Origin: Isurus oxyrinchus
Lineage: Eukaryota
Length of the DNA stretch: 64,000 bases
Direction of reading: 5' to 3'
Assembly: GCA_026770705.1 (NCBI GenBank)
Contig: JANJGN010000034.1
Coordinates: 4,464,001-4,528,000 of the forward strand
A program made the translations under genes and the position numbers. Below the pieces are notes generated by a model. The model had not been told where the DNA came from. It made no database searches and saw only the letters and a program-made list of their open reading frames with translations. Below are positions 26,301 through 40,600 of this stretch, one piece after another; position 1 is the stretch's first letter, and the number at the start of each line of letters is the position of its first letter.

Positions 26301-29164
26301 TCATCCTACAGAAGTTGTTCTCTCTGATGACATTCCAGCAATAACAGTGCTGATTCCTTCCCAAGTTCAGCCAAGTTCTTCCTGTACATATGCCAAGGAA
26401 TTGAGACATTCACGCAATGCAAGGCAGAACCAAACATTCCAGTGACTGACCCTTAATCAACTATTGCTCTTCAGTAAAGCGGTGGAATTTTCGTTGACAG
26501 CGAAACATATACATTGTGTTGTACCTGTTGCTCAGAACTTAAGGTCCGTGCAGTTGGAATTTCAGGTGGGAAGAATGAAAGGGATGATCTGTAAGGGTTT
26601 TGAGGGCAGGAGAGGTTGCAGGGAAAGTACTTAAGGTTAAGAATCTGAAGCTAGTGCTAACGAACTAATTAAGGAGAGGAAAAATAAAACATGGAATCAA
26701 TTAATCACAGATAGTAGGCCATAGGATGTAGTCACTGGCAGTTTCAATCAACAGCATATCCCTCCGTTGATCACAATGGGCAGAATTGTGACTGTAGTCG
26801 GTCGGCCAGCGCTTGCAGAACACAGAATGTAATTTCACATGAATGAATAGCTCTTGCTGAACAATCCAGGGTCTTGTCCGGATTGCTTTAACAACCAAGT
26901 TAAAATTAACAGTTAGGCACATGACGTAGCGCACTTACGCTTGCTCTGAGTTAAATATATTCATGTGCAGGGGCATGCCTTCAATAGGCAAAATATATAT
27001 CGTGCAAGACACCTTAAAAACAGAAATATAAGCATTGGTTTTATTAAGCCTCTGATGGACTCTCCAAGGCAACGAATGAACTAATCAGAGTTAACTTGAA
27101 GACAGACGTGGTCCCTTTCCTTATGCATGATATATTATTACATCCTTTGAAATTTGGTATTTCTGCATTTCTCCTGAATACGAGCGGCTTTGACCATTTT
27201 TTTCAAGCAATGCTCAACTTATGTAATGCTAGGGAAAATATGTTCTTCATTACACGTCTCCAATTGCAGAGAAAATCAGTTTTAATATATTAAAAGTGCA
27301 ATATTTAAATAGGCAATATTAATTAAATTACCTATGTTGTCTTTGATGCTTCAAAGTACATTCTTCCCACATAATCTTAATATAATCTTCCTTTTTACTT
27401 ACACTTTCAAAAATGATCAAATGTACTGTATTTTGTATATGAAACTAGGGTCAGCTAATGAATAAGGCAGTCAGGTCCAAGTGATAACAGATGGAAATAT
27501 GTAGTACTTCAGACTGAATTGACTTTTTCCATCGTTTCCTGGCTGTACCTTTTTTCGGTTCCCACGTTTGTTCTCTTCTTAACACGTAAAAATAAGTAAT
27601 TATTTATCCTGTAAGTTATTTTCAGCAGCTGTAAAACCTTGGTGGTTCTAGTTTCAGACTCTCATCCATCGGGAAAAAGTCTAATTTTTCTGACGGTGTT
27701 TACATTATTTTTTACTTGCTTCTATCAATAATGCATTTTTTTTTACTTTCATTGATACCTAAATATTTTGATTTCTTTGAAACAGGGAGATACAAACTTT
27801 GCATTGTATACTATAGTTATCATTGCAATTTTCAGTACAGGTTTAAAGAAAACACGCTCCTACTTTCTTTCAACTATATGCCCATGTGTGCACCCAATAA
27901 GGCACTCTTAGTAGCGTATTTGTAAATTGTGCTATTTTCCTTTCGAGTATTACACTTTCTTACCTGGGTGCAAAACGAATTTTTTGCAAACAAGGCAACA
28001 TTCAGTAGTAAATGTTTCGGAGACTGAAATGCAGAGAAACAAGATATTGGTTACTTAAGAAAATTCCTATTGTGCTGCACTTCAAAAGTCGCTGAGAATG
28101 ATTACCAAAATGCATATGGTAGAGACAGAAATTCATGGAAATGATGACCCATCAATGATTGTGTTCTCTCTTTTATGAATAATATCATCATAATTTGTCC
28201 GGAAAATTATCAATGCAAACCAAATACTAATGTTTCTAAAATGTGACCAAGAATATCTTGCAGATAAGAATGAGACATTAGCGAATATCTTGACACTGTT
28301 CTCTTTGAATTACATTTTGTGCTTTTTTGAAATATTTCAAAACAGTTGAGACCTGTAGGAAATTTTGCCAGTGACAGGGACACAAGAAAGTGCATATCTG
28401 TAAAATGTTGAACACGCCAACAAAAACGTATGCAAAGTAGTTTGCTTATGTTCTTGGAAATATTTTGCTAGCGTGCGTTGAAAGAAAATTGGCTGTGAAG
28501 CCGATGGGGCAGTGCAGATGTTGAAAATGAAAAATGCTGCTTAATGAAGCGAGAATATTGCACATTAAAAGACGATGCAGTCATGTTAGCTTAAAATGAG
28601 CATGCAAGTAGGTACCAGGATGAATGCAAAGGAAGATTTATGATGATTGATTGTTTAAGCACAAAGAAAGAGGAGAAGGTTGGTGAACAATAGGTCAAAA
28701 TAACCGTGAGTGAACCATAGATGTTAATAAAACGAAATATGTGGTTTACAATTGATGACTTCCGGGCATAATATATTCAAAGTAAAAGGAGGCCAGAAGG
28801 AATAGCAAAATGAAAAAAATATATATGAATGATAGTGATGTGAAGGGTAAATGCTGCCTTTTTAAAAAGAGCCGGAGTCCAGAAAAGGAGCGAATGGAAT
28901 CTCTCCGTAATTCCTATGTTTCGAAACTGCCATGAGGAGTCGTCTCAGAATTGGAACAGACACTCTGGAGGAAATGGCACTCTTTCTGTGTTGGAAGATG
29001 CTGTTACATGCACAAATGCAATTTGAAAACTACTATTGGTGCCCGCAAATCATTAACACCACTTTTTAAAATCTACACGTTTGGATGGAATGCTAGCGTC
29101 AACATGATTCTTTGTTCCACTTCAAGCAAGTGCATGATATTTTTTTTTCAATTGTGCCCTGAAG

Positions 29165-29200
29165 AACAAGACGTTCTGAAGAAAACAATTAAATTTCAAG
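29165..29200 (+). CDS. 36-nt phase-1 micro-exon, divergent type (EQDVLKKTIKFQ)
   Basis: ttttttttcaattgtgccctgaag|aacaagacgttctgaagaaaacaattaaatttcaag|gtaagg. Confidence 0.7.
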
Positions 29201-30389
29201 GTAAGGAAACTATTTTACGAAAGCAAAATATATTGAGTTTTTCTGCAACCGAAATTCACATTGTGATAATGTCATGAAATGTAATTTGATTTTCTCACTT
29301 CAGATTTCGGTGCAGGACTATCTCAGAAAATGCTGGGTAGATTGTACCGGAATGACGCAGGCCGTTCCTAATGTTCCAATCGGACAGCAATGTCAGGCAT
29401 AAAATAGGTACGACATTGTGAATAATGCATAATTATTGTATGGAATTTCCAATGAAGCTCCCAGGCCGAGTAGAGTCGTGAAAAGGTGGTGTTTAACGGC
29501 ACTACGTTGTCAGTAGCTGCGTAAAAATAATAAATGTAATTTCCTAATATTGTGTTTATTTCCTCTCTCTCTCTTTTCGCTCCTTTTGATTTTGTTTTGA
29601 ATAACGGATTTGACTTTAATTATACATGCCTCTTGATCCATCTTCTCTCTCTATCGAAACATTCGACAACCCTGATTCTGCTTTTATTAACTGAGAACTT
29701 CAGCACTGTATTACACATAGCTGGCCTTTACCTCGTCGCGTCCACAGCAAAAGACAGCCCCAAAAAGTTATTTGATAGATGAAAAATAGGAACAAATATA
29801 GCAATTGGATTTTCTGCCTCTGCAAGTTAAGGACCAATTAAATCATTAAGGTGGCATCACTTTTCTCCGCATTGAACTCCATATGCCGCTTAAACGCCCA
29901 TTGCACCAAATTCTCGATAGCCTATCCAACCTAATCACCCTCACAATTCGGAATGCTTCTCCGTTTAGTAACGCCCCTAAAGTGTGCTATTATGCCCGCT
30001 AAACCATTGTGTAAGTGATGAATGCATATCAGGACGAGCAATGGTCACAAATATGATTTCTGGGGACACTGGTATGAATCTTGATGCATCCCTTAAAATA
30101 TCAGTTAGCACCATACTGCATTTCTTATAACCCAGGCAATTTTGCAAGCATGTTGATAATATCCCTTTTGTTCCATAGGCTATAGCCATGCACATAAGTG
30201 ACTTATGCGGCAGTGTATCAGATGCCATTTTTAAGTCATGTCATTTGAAAAATATCACTGCCGCAGTTTCTTGTGTAGCACACTACTAACAAACATCTTC
30301 AACTAGTTCACCAATAACCTTCATCCCATCGTAAGGACAAAAGGTTGTTGTGGTGAGAGGGGCGGTGGTGGGGGACGTTTGTCTGATGA

Positions 30390-31228
30390 AAACACAATGT
30401 TGACCACTAGTCACGACACCGCAGAAATGAAGCAGTCTGTGTCCAAATGCACTAAGACTTGACAATATGCAAACCGAGCCTGACAAGTGGCAAGCACCAG
30501 TCACGCTGCAAAAGTGCCAGTTAACAGCAACTACAACAAGGGAGGATGTATTCATCGTCCATCGAAATCCAAGTATTTACCATTGTTGCAGACCCCACAA
30601 TCATCATACTAGGTCTCTCCACTGAGCGGAAATTGAACTGGGGACTAGCAGTTTAATGCTTAGTTACAAGAGAAGGTCAGAGGGTAGGAATCCGTTCGTG
30701 CATAAATCACCAGCTTTATCCTCAAAACCCATCTAGGACGGGTATGTCAGGAGTGTGATGCAACATGATCCATTTGTTTGGATGTGGACGTCTCAAACAA
30801 CACTCAAGAATTTTAACAACATCCAGGGCAACACATTTTGCTTGATTGACACCCCTTCCACAATCATGCAGTTCCACTGGCACCGATGAAATATGGAAGC
30901 AGTGTGTAACAAGCTCCATGAAAGAATTGACCGGCATTCCTGCGACAGCACCTTCCAAGCACAAGATCGCTGCCATCGAGGAGGACAATGTCAGCAAATA
31001 CATGGGAGCACCAGCATCTGGACGTTCCTCTAAAAGCCACCACTATTCGCACTCAGGATTATATTGACGTTCCTTCACTCTCACTGGATCAAAATTCTCC
31101 TTATGAGGAATGTGGGTGCATCTACACATTGTAGACTGAAGCGGACCAAGAAGGGAACTCACCACAGCCTTCTCAGGTACAATTAGGGAGACGCATTCAA
31201 TGCTTGCCTAGCCAGAGATGTTGGGTAC
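30390..31228 (+). mobile_element. HER1-like LINE, 3' fragment
   Basis: gaagcagtctgtgtccaaatgcactaagacttgacaatat..., tail caattagggagacgcattcaatgcttgcctagccagagatg. Colinear with 13430-14225. Confidence 0.7.
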
Positions 31229-31229
31229 G

Positions 31230-31318
31230 TTAATAATAATAATAACTATTATTACTATCATTGTTAATAGTAATAATACATATAATAATAATATCATTAA
31301 TAATATTAATAAAAATTA
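31230..31318. repeat. Degenerate (AAT)n low-complexity tract
   Basis: taataataataataactattattactatca... Confidence 0.8.
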
Positions 31319-32132
31319 AACAACAGGGCCACAAATTTATCCTCATGCAAGTTTGCTCTTGTCTCTGCAAAGAAAACAACCAATAAATAATTGAAAGTTA
31401 TTTTCTTATGACATATCTGCAATGGTTGCCTTTGTTAACACGGAGTTATCGAAGTGTTAAGATTATTGTCCAGATTATTTGTATTTCTACACTGCCTAAG
31501 TGAAACTGACAGGGGTGTAGTCACAGGGGTTTCCTTTATATCATTTGTTGAACAAGCTTTAAAATGCTCAAAACTCCACTCGTCCTCTACCGCCACTGAT
31601 TCAAAGAGTGAATAATATTAAATCTGCACATTCATTGTTCTCAGCATATTTTGATGCAGCTCATCAATTCCTGATGTGTCATTGGTTGTATTTACTGACA
31701 ACACATTAAAAACACCATTTTGGAATATTTAAACCTTCGATGAGAGTGAGTTTTCTGGGTTGCATTATCTTCTTCAATGATGATAGATGCCCCATGTTTA
31801 TTTGATGCCTCAGCATTGCCCCTTGTGACAACACGTCAATCACTTAACGGTCCCTAATTTTCCCCACCCTATCTTTTACAGGTCTTAATGTATATACTGC
31901 AATCCAACATTGGTGCTCCTCATTTACTGTTTGCTGTCCATCTGTGGTCACACTCCTCATTTGCCTAATTATTTTGCATATTCACTTTCGCTCAGTATCC
32001 TCCGAATTCATGATGGTGCTGCAGTATTATCCGGCTGGCATCTGTCATAAATGCCTTTATTTTCATCTTAATTTTCATTGTCTTTTATCCAATGGCTGCT
32101 GTTGTTGTTTCTCTGCAATTTGCATGAACTAT

Positions 32133-32136
32133 CTCT

Positions 32137-32168
<32 letters not shown>

Positions 32169-32295
32169 TTCTTCATATTCTTTCCCCTTCATCTTCTTCA
32201 TCATCGTCATCTTCCTCTTCTTTTTCAAGGTTCCTCTTCTCCTTCTTCATCTTCTTCATCTTCTTCTTCTGTTTCCTCTTCTCCTTCTCCTCCTC
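32133..32295. repeat. (CTT)n-type polypyrimidine microsatellite
   Basis: ctcttcttcttcctcttcttcttcttc...; it explains the spurious poly-F/poly-S/poly-L ORFs. Confidence 0.9.
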
Positions 32296-32689
32296 TACCA
32301 CAAGGTATGAGCATTGTTGGCAATATCACCATTTATCGCTGAACCTAAATCTGCTTTGGAAGAAAGAATAGAAGGAGAAACAGGCTCTGACTAAAGGTCA
32401 ATAAATAATCCCCGATTAGAAAGAAACAAGTGTTTTGCCAAGATAAATGAAGCATAGCATAGTAATGTGAGAAGCGCTGTTTTTTACCCTCCTACTTTCA
32501 GCATGATCGTGCATAATCTTTTACTCAGCTTCATCTAATCCTTTGGTGAAACCAGACAATTAATATCAACATTATTTTTAAAAAGACAATAAATAAATAA
32601 ACTACGGTCTCTTTTCTCTTTCCATCTCAATGCATCGGTCTGTCTGCCTGTCCTCATGTTTTTTTTTTATTTCCCTCTTTATTACTGTA

Positions 32690-33120
32690 CCTATTTATCT
32701 GTCAATTAATTATTAACTTACTTATTTATCTACCAATCTACCTATCTAACTATCTTCCTATATAACTATCTATCGATTTGTCTGCCTCTCTTTGTATCCA
32801 GCNNNNNNNNNNNNNNNNNNNNNNNNNNNNNNNNNNNNNNNNNNNNNNNNNNNNNNNNNNNNNNNNNNNNNNNNNNNNNNNNNNNNNNNNNNNNNNNNNN
32901 NNNNNNNNNNNNNNNNNNNNNNNNNNNNNNNNNNNNNNNNNNNNNNNNNNNNNNNNNNNNNNNNNNNNNNNNNNNNNNNNNNNNNNNNNNNNNNNNNNNN
33001 NNNNNNNNNATGTCTGTCTATCTATGTAATAATCTATCTATCTATCTATCTATCTGTCAGTCTGTCTGTCTGTCTGTCTCTGTATACATATGTCTATCTA
33101 CCTGTCTATGTATCGATTTG
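32690..33120. repeat. (TATC)n/(TGTC)n simple repeats flanking a 207-N assembly gap (32803-33009)
   Basis: tatctaccaatctacctatct...NNN...tgtctgtctatctatgtaataatctatctatc. Confidence 0.9.
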
Positions 33121-33818
33121 ATTATTTAATTGCTTACTTACTTATTTCTGCTCACAACACACCGAAATTGATTTTTTGTCGCAGTAATTCACTGCTCCCT
33201 GTCAGGCTCGACCAGCTCCCTCACTTGTTTATGTCCATCTAAATGAACCTTTTATTGCATTTGTGTCGGACATTTCTTAACATTATGAGCTCTTTGATCG
33301 TCTTTGATCCTTTATTTATGACGCAGACGAAAATGTTGACCATGCTGGCTATGTAGAACTAAAGAAAGAGAACTGGAAATGCGAACACAACTCAGGGCAT
33401 TTGTGGAGAGATGAACGTTAATCGTTCCGTGTCCATTATTACCCTACGTTGAAAATCTACTTCCTGAAGCAGTGCTGATGCAGAGCAAACACATTTTCTC
33501 TCTTTCTCTAAATAAATTTCCAGAGCTGCTGAGATTTTTTGATCACTTGTTTGTGCTGATTCAATTCCTTTATTTCCAATGCCACTATTTCCGCATCTCT
33601 ATCATTGAAGTGAAGCTGCATTGCTTTGCTTCTAAGGTCATTATATCAAAATTGGGCTGCATTATTGTAAATTTCGTATAACTTGTGATTTTGTTTTCTA
33701 TCCGGACAATTGACGCACTCTAACATTCAGAAAAAAAGACAATGTGTGCTATATATTCTACGTGTCAAGAATGTCTGCTTTGCAGTTGTTGCTAATTCTA
33801 TTTTATGCTACGTTGCAG

Positions 33819-33845
33819 AGAAACAAGTTAACTCAAAAGTGAAGG
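33819..33845 (+). CDS. 27-nt phase-1 micro-exon, D-like (EKQVNSKVK)
   Basis: ttttatgctacgttgcag|agaaacaagttaactcaaaagtgaagg|gtaattgatcgtgaaa. Its donor-side intron resembles the gtaattgatgatgaaa at 46928. Confidence 0.75.
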
Positions 33846-35213
33846 GTAATTGATCGTGAAATTAATTGAGAATCACAGCAATCTAAGACTCATTGGCTGA
33901 TATGCTTTCCCCCAAGTGGATAGACTGCAAATGACTGTTAGGTAAACGAGTGCTGCGTGATAAAGAAGTGATTAGGGATCTTGCCATTCTTAGGTCAGAT
34001 GGTCGCTCACTGGCATTTTCATGAATTGTTATTGGTTCCCACTGAAAATAAGTTACTTTGGGTGGTAATTTCGAAATACATACTAAAACATCAATGCAGG
34101 ATGATTAACCTAAAAATACGTATTTTCATGTATCTATTTTGAAGACTTGTCAGCCCCATTTAACTTCCGATTTTGGCAGGAATTTTGCATTGCATTAACT
34201 CTGTGATATGTTAGCAGCTTTCTTCTCCTGATTACTCTGCCCCATTAATACCTCAAATATTGTCATTCCTAAAAAGGTAATCATCTTATTTTACAAGACC
34301 AGTGCCTTGTTTAACTTTTACTGATGAACCCAGTTCTCCCTTGGAGCCTTCGGTGATTTCAATTGTGACATTTATAAAACAATGGCCCCTTCCCTCCTCA
34401 CTCGCTTTCCACTGTGTCCTGAAGGGAAATGGAGGAGGTGGAGTAGAGAATGGCGAGGGGAAAAATATGGATAAAATGGCTTAGTTGGTGAGCATGTGTT
34501 TTTTTTTCTCTCTCTGAGTGCTGGCACTACAGTACGTGCTGCCAGTGCTGAATTTCACCAATTTGGTACAGAGAAACAGGCCATTCGACGAAACAGGCCA
34601 ATGATCTTTTTTTTTCCTTTTTGTCCCACTTGCCCAGTTGAGAGGAGAAAGTGATCTGTACCTACATACAATATCAGAAATCTTTGGAGCCAGGAACAAA
34701 GAATCTTTTTTTTCGTAATTGATCTCTTCATAGTCTCAGGCACTTTTATTTACTGGAGCTTCCCCTAAAAAGATTAAATATTCAAAAAATAACCCTGTAA
34801 TGCTGGTCACTTTTTTTTTCAACTGTCGCAGTTTGCAGAATTCTACAGATTTTTTCAACTGCATAAACCTTATACGTTAGATTTCCATCTGGAAGAAAAA
34901 AACACTCACCATCTCTATATTATACCTCAATATAAATTGTTTGACTAAAACTATCGTATTTGATTAACTGTTCGCTAATCTGACCCAATACATGACTTGA
35001 GGATTTTGGCTAACATTTATTTTCAGCGGATATACCTGGTGCTTCTTACGTATACATTTACTTTTGCCTGCCTGTTTGTTTTCTTTATTGTTTACTTAGT
35101 TACTTATTAATCAATCAATTCATTCATTCATTTCTTTCATATTTTGTATTTGATTTATTTTTTTTTGATTGTTTGTAAATGACGTCCACAGTGATTTATG
35201 TTCCTCATTTCAG

Positions 35214-35249
35214 AGCTCGCCGTATGCCAAGAAGCTTTGGAAAATTTAG
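35214..35249 (+). CDS. 36-nt phase-1 micro-exon, type A (ELAVCQEALENL)
   Basis: ttcctcatttcag|agctcgccgtatgccaagaagctttggaaaatttag|gtaagg. Confidence 0.85.
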   Translation, partial: SSPYAKKLWKI

Positions 35250-35625
35250 GTAAGGAAAAAAGTCTAGCTCCATTTGAAACTCTCGAAGAATAATCAAGCA
35301 ACATTTTCAATTAGGCAGGAGGCGCATTGACTGCGCATTTAAAACAACTTCCGGTCCCGAATCATTGATTTTAATAGACCTGATAAACAATTGCATATTC
35401 GAAATGGGGACTCAAGCTGTTGGCACCATTAAGCGTTTTTATTCCAGAATATTTTGCTATATCACAGCAGTCATTGTGGTATAGTATATATGGATACAGT
35501 TTAACGAATCTATGGAATTTACGAAGTGTGAAACATTTGTTAAAAAAATCAAGCTGGTTTATCGAATGGCATTCTTGATGCCAGCCTTTGCTGTTGGATT
35601 TCAAATGCACGAATTTAGCCTTTAG

Positions 35626-35649
35626 AAAAGCTGAAAACAAAAGACGGCA
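35626..35649 (+). CDS. 24-nt phase-1 micro-exon, shortened type B (EKLKTKDG)
   Basis: cctttag|aaaagctgaaaacaaaagacggca|gtattt. In frame but one codon short, with a weak donor. Confidence 0.55.
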
Positions 35650-37699
35650 GTATTTGGTTTGGAAATTAATTTATTGCCAATTAACTAAGAGGGAGTTAGG
35701 AATAAAATCGGGAAATAAGTAGATCATTCAACCAGTAGGGTACTTCGACCCTGATTTATCTTCAATATCATCTCATTTATGCCGAATAAAAAGAACAAAA
35801 TCGTGCAACTCCAAGGTTAATTCAATCATATTGCATTTAGGCGATGATGGAGGGGTTGAATTGATAATTGCAATTTTATTTATCAAATTAATTAATCATA
35901 AGAATATCAATGTCAACCAACCCTATCCGTTTTTCGGCAAAAGTCCTAACTGACGAGTACAAATACCTTCTGCATTTATTAATATTCACTTCAGCTGTTA
36001 GAGAGGCGAATACTTACTCTCAGTGGGAAAGGATGGATTCGGTCCACATGCAGTTTGCCCACTGAATGGATGAACGGAAGGAAAATAAACGGCAAATAGC
36101 ACAAAACACCTAATTCATGACAGCTATTAGGATACTGTAATAGCAGAAGGTCGTGCTCTGGTGAATTATTAATAACCATTTCAAATGGTCTACCAATTAT
36201 GTTAGCTTGATGTGCAAGAAAATGCTGGTTGGTGGATTTTGAACCTATTCATTGTGGATATATGATGTGTTCTTTGTTTTTCTCGTTCCCAAACTGGACG
36301 TTCTCAAAAGACTTCCAATAACACAAATCAGTTTGCAGTTAATTGTCCTCGTTTGGGAATGTTCCTTGTAACAAATCCAATTGGAGAATAGTGATATTGC
36401 AAACAGAGTGATAGCTGAATATTAACTTAACGAAACAGAATGGCTGCTAGTACTTAAAATAGGTTCATTATGTTCAACATTCTGAAGTAACAGTTGAAAA
36501 TGCTTCTTCTGCCCAAATTAGGTTCAGGATTCACATGTCAGTCATATATCAATTAATTCAACACCTGGGTAACGTGGAGAAGTATAAAATAAGGTTTCGT
36601 ACGGTTTTTTTCAAAAAATAACAGTTAATGCTTTAAACGGCAATTCATTCTGTGACACTTAAGGCTCATCATAAGGAGTTGGCCAGTGTAGCGTTTTATT
36701 GTATTTTTTCCTTTGTAGGTTTTATCGTGTTGCGAGGTTGTCTATAAGTATGGTGACAGGTATTTAGGATAGGCATAAATTGAAATGTAATAAAGACAAT
36801 TATTACCTAATACATTATTGAAGACACAATTAAGATGGCAAAGCAGTTTAATTCCTCCAGGGGCAGTGTATGGGCTCCTGTGTACACCAGTGTGATCTTT
36901 GTAACAATCCTTGAAGTACATGTCAATGGTGCTTTCAGCTTCGGCCAAAGCTCAAAGAGTTGGAGCCCAATATCCAGGGAGTAGGATTCATAGAGCGTGA
37001 AAGTTATCTTAGCACAATGTCCAGGAAGCAACAACACCCATTATGGTCGTGTCTTTATTTTGGCCAGTCCTCAGCGGCAGAGTTGGGATTGCCAGTGCGG
37101 CAATTAACTGATTATAGAGACATATTAAGAGGAGGGGAGGCTCAGCTCTTGCAATTGACAGACAGGTGTCAAGAGCGTTCAAATTGTCTGGTTGAGAGCG
37201 GGTAGGCAATGCGGGTGAGTGAATTGAGGATGGTACCATGGTACACAAAGCCATTCAAATGACCGATTAAACAAGAATTAATGATTGTAGATGATTGTCC
37301 AGTCAAGGGTTTAAACGGTTTTCTCTTGTCGAGAGCAGTAACAATCAGCTTCTGATACCACCCTATTGACACATTTCACAACATCTGTTAAGGCTGCAGA
37401 GTACCCTGCAATGGCAGGGAAAAGTTCCATTTGCCTCTTTCCATGTAGGTACCAGTGGCAACAATGGGACTAGGGAAGTACTTATGTTTAAGCAATTTGC
37501 AGCCTGGGCTACATTAAATTGTACAAACACGAGCGTAATAATTGCTGTATTGTTCCCTGAGCAAGGATGGAACTGACGTGGGTAAAACGCATTTAGAAAA
37601 ATGAATTTGCACTTCAATTATTGGTTTGGGAAGAATGGTTTGCACTGGCACCACTTTTACGGAAAGTGCTGGATGTAACATTGGTATGGTCTTCCCCTG

Positions 37700-40600
37700 A
37701 TCACTCGTAAGGTCTGTGTGCTACCTAGTCGCATGACTCGAGCCTTAAGTTAATTAGTGGTTGTGGTGGAGAAGTGGCATGATCAAGTGAGGGTGGGCTT
37801 GATCAATTAATTTGAAAGGAGAAGACAAACGACCACGTGTAGTGACAAAAGGAGCGGGAAAGGAGGGGTCAGAAAATGTATAAAAAGTTTAGTGCATCAG
37901 CTGGTTACTCCAGGATTTCGAGAACAGAACTTAAAACAAAGAGATAAAAACAAATCACAATTGATTGTGATTTGCTTTAATATCATGTCGGACCAATGGT
38001 CAGCTCAAAGGCAATTAAATAGCTATAAGATGAAAGCTCCTGCGGAGACGAGGCTGCAAGGTGAGCAAGGCTCAGTCAAGAATCTTCAAGGGTATTTGTC
38101 ATTTGGGAAGGATAGGACAACAGGCAAATGTGCTGTGAATTTTTTGTTAGATAAGGACATTTTCCTGTAATAATGACACATGATTTCAGTGTAAAATCCC
38201 AGGAGTCTGATCAGTTTTGGTACAGATAAGAAATATGAAATGTAAGAATTCAATTGTTTGTCATAGCCCAAGCAACCCATGACACCGGTCCCGACCCACA
38301 CCGCCCTAACTGAAGCTGCACTCTGAACCATAGTGTGCAGGAAGTGAAAAATAGGCGCTTACCGGAAATGGTGCTGAAACAATAATGTTATCTTTCAATC
38401 AATATATAGTGCAAATGATTCAGATTGGCAAAGGTAGCATGGAAGATGAGTGCAAAGTGTGAAAAGAAGACAATTTCTAAGAGCATTCCTCTACAGAGCG
38501 AAACTGAAAGCAGAATAACATCGACCTAGTAATGCACATTGAGAAACTAATAATTTATAACCTCATATTAAAGAAGCATCTAGGTAGGAGTCATAATTAC
38601 GTGAATTAGTTTTGCAGTCTTTTTGATTGTGAGATGAGTGTGTAACACCCCTGTTTGTAAAGATTGCAAAACAATGCAATTGCCTTCGTCTACAGAATGA
38701 ATTGATTAAAGTGAACGGAGAATTTAAATTGCAGTTTCGTGCAGCCTCATGATAGTGGCAGAACGTTAAGGAGCCATTCAGTCAAGAAAGAGATATAAAT
38801 TGCCATGATCAATAAATATGGTACCAATGGAGGACCATCCGTATTGAAGTACGGAATTTATGGTTGCTGCCAAAATGTAAGAAAGTGCTTATAATTCTGT
38901 GAAATATAATGGCTGAAGATTTGTCTGCTGGAGAAAAACAAAAAAGAATGACGATGAAAACATGGAGTCACAAGTAAAACTTAGAAAGGACGTTAGCTAT
39001 AAATAATAAGAAAATTGAGAGCATAATCTTCTGCAAATATTCTTCAAATTTAGAGGAAAGTGACCTCGAGTTAGTATCCCGGGAATTAATAACGGGCAAT
39101 ATGAAAAAAGTGAGAATCGTTGAAGTGATATTTTATGACTGCATTCACTGTGGAAGATACACAATAAGTTTCCTGAAATAACTGTGTTGTAGCCGTAAAA
39201 TAGAAAGAGGAACTTTAAACAACAACAGTAACCAGGAAAAGATCAGTGTGGAAAACCTATTAGAACCAATGGTTCTCAATCACAAAAACTGGTGTCTTAC
39301 ACGTTATGGACTTAGTCAGTGACTGAATAGTTCATGGATGCACTGGTTATAATTTGACAAACTTCACTCTATCCCAACGCGTTCCCATTAGATCGGAAAC
39401 TCACAAATGCATCTACATGACTCAAGACAGGAGCGTGTCTCAAAGTCGGAAAATGAAGGCTAGTTAGCCTTACGTCTCTAATAGGCGAATGCCAGAATCA
39501 ATTATTCATTAGGTTTTATTTGGGCGCTTAGAAATTCAAATTGTGATCAGACAGTGTGAGTAACATTTTGTGGAAGGGAAATTGTTAAAACGTTTGTTGG
39601 AGTTATTTGATTAGTTAACATGCAACGGCACTACAGCAGAAGCTGTCGATGTGATATAATTGTTTTTTTTTTGAAAAGCATTTGCTAAGGTACTATTTAA
39701 ATTTTACTGCACAACATTCAGGCTCATCGTGCACTCTTAACACATTAGCAGGGATTGGGGAATTTCAGCAAAATGGTAGCAGAGTATAAGACAGTTGATC
39801 ATTTTCGGGTTAGCAAGCTGTAAATAGTTGTCTGCCACAGGGATCAACACTGGGGAATTAACATATTATCTGTATCAATGATTGTTTGAAAGGACAGGAT
39901 ATAAGCTTGACAACGTTGCTGCCAGCACAAAAAAGTGGGAAAGTACCTTGAGAAGAGAGCACAAAAATTCTTCAAAGAACCGATGGCAGATTAAGGGACT
40001 GGAGAACACATTGCACAATCGAATATTTGTTGAGAGATTATGGACATGTCTACTTTTACAAACAAGAAAAGATAAGCAGCTTTTTTTAAATCTTGCTATA
40101 GATAACTTGGTTAACACTGCAGCACAAAATGTTCTGTGCTTTCTGAATCACATAATTTATTGAATTTGAATCACCGTGTTTATGGAATGGGACGAGAATA
40201 TAAAAGCAGGAATATCTGCTAAAATTGAAAGGTTCATTGCTGAGGCGACATGTGGAGTGCTGTGTAGATCTTTGTCCTGCTTAGGTTACATAGTATATCA
40301 TTGTCTTGGAATCGTTTCAGGAAATGTTCACTCTAGTAATCCCAGGGAAGAGTGGCTCATCTAATGATGTTATTTCGTTAGGATGGGCTGCCGTTCTTTG
40401 TTGTTTAGAATAATTAGATGCGCATTTGTTGTAACGTGTACCATCCTGAAGGTAATCTAATGATTACACTCGCAAAATCACAGCACAATAGAGGCTGTTC
40501 GGCACAGAAACAGACCATTTTCCTCAAAGAGCCACACAGATTAGTGCGCAGTTGCAGAAAGTAATTAGCAAATAATGTTACCGTTAAATGCAAAGGGGAA

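Noticed and set aside
28035-28049. gcag|agaaacaagatattg|gttact, a possible 15-nt phase-1 exon resembling the start of 33819
   Set aside because: No polypyrimidine tract, weak donor, and it breaks the length pattern.
31944-32371. Hydrophobic, Ser-rich ORFs that look like membrane or signal peptides
   Set aside because: Translation of a (CTT)n microsatellite.
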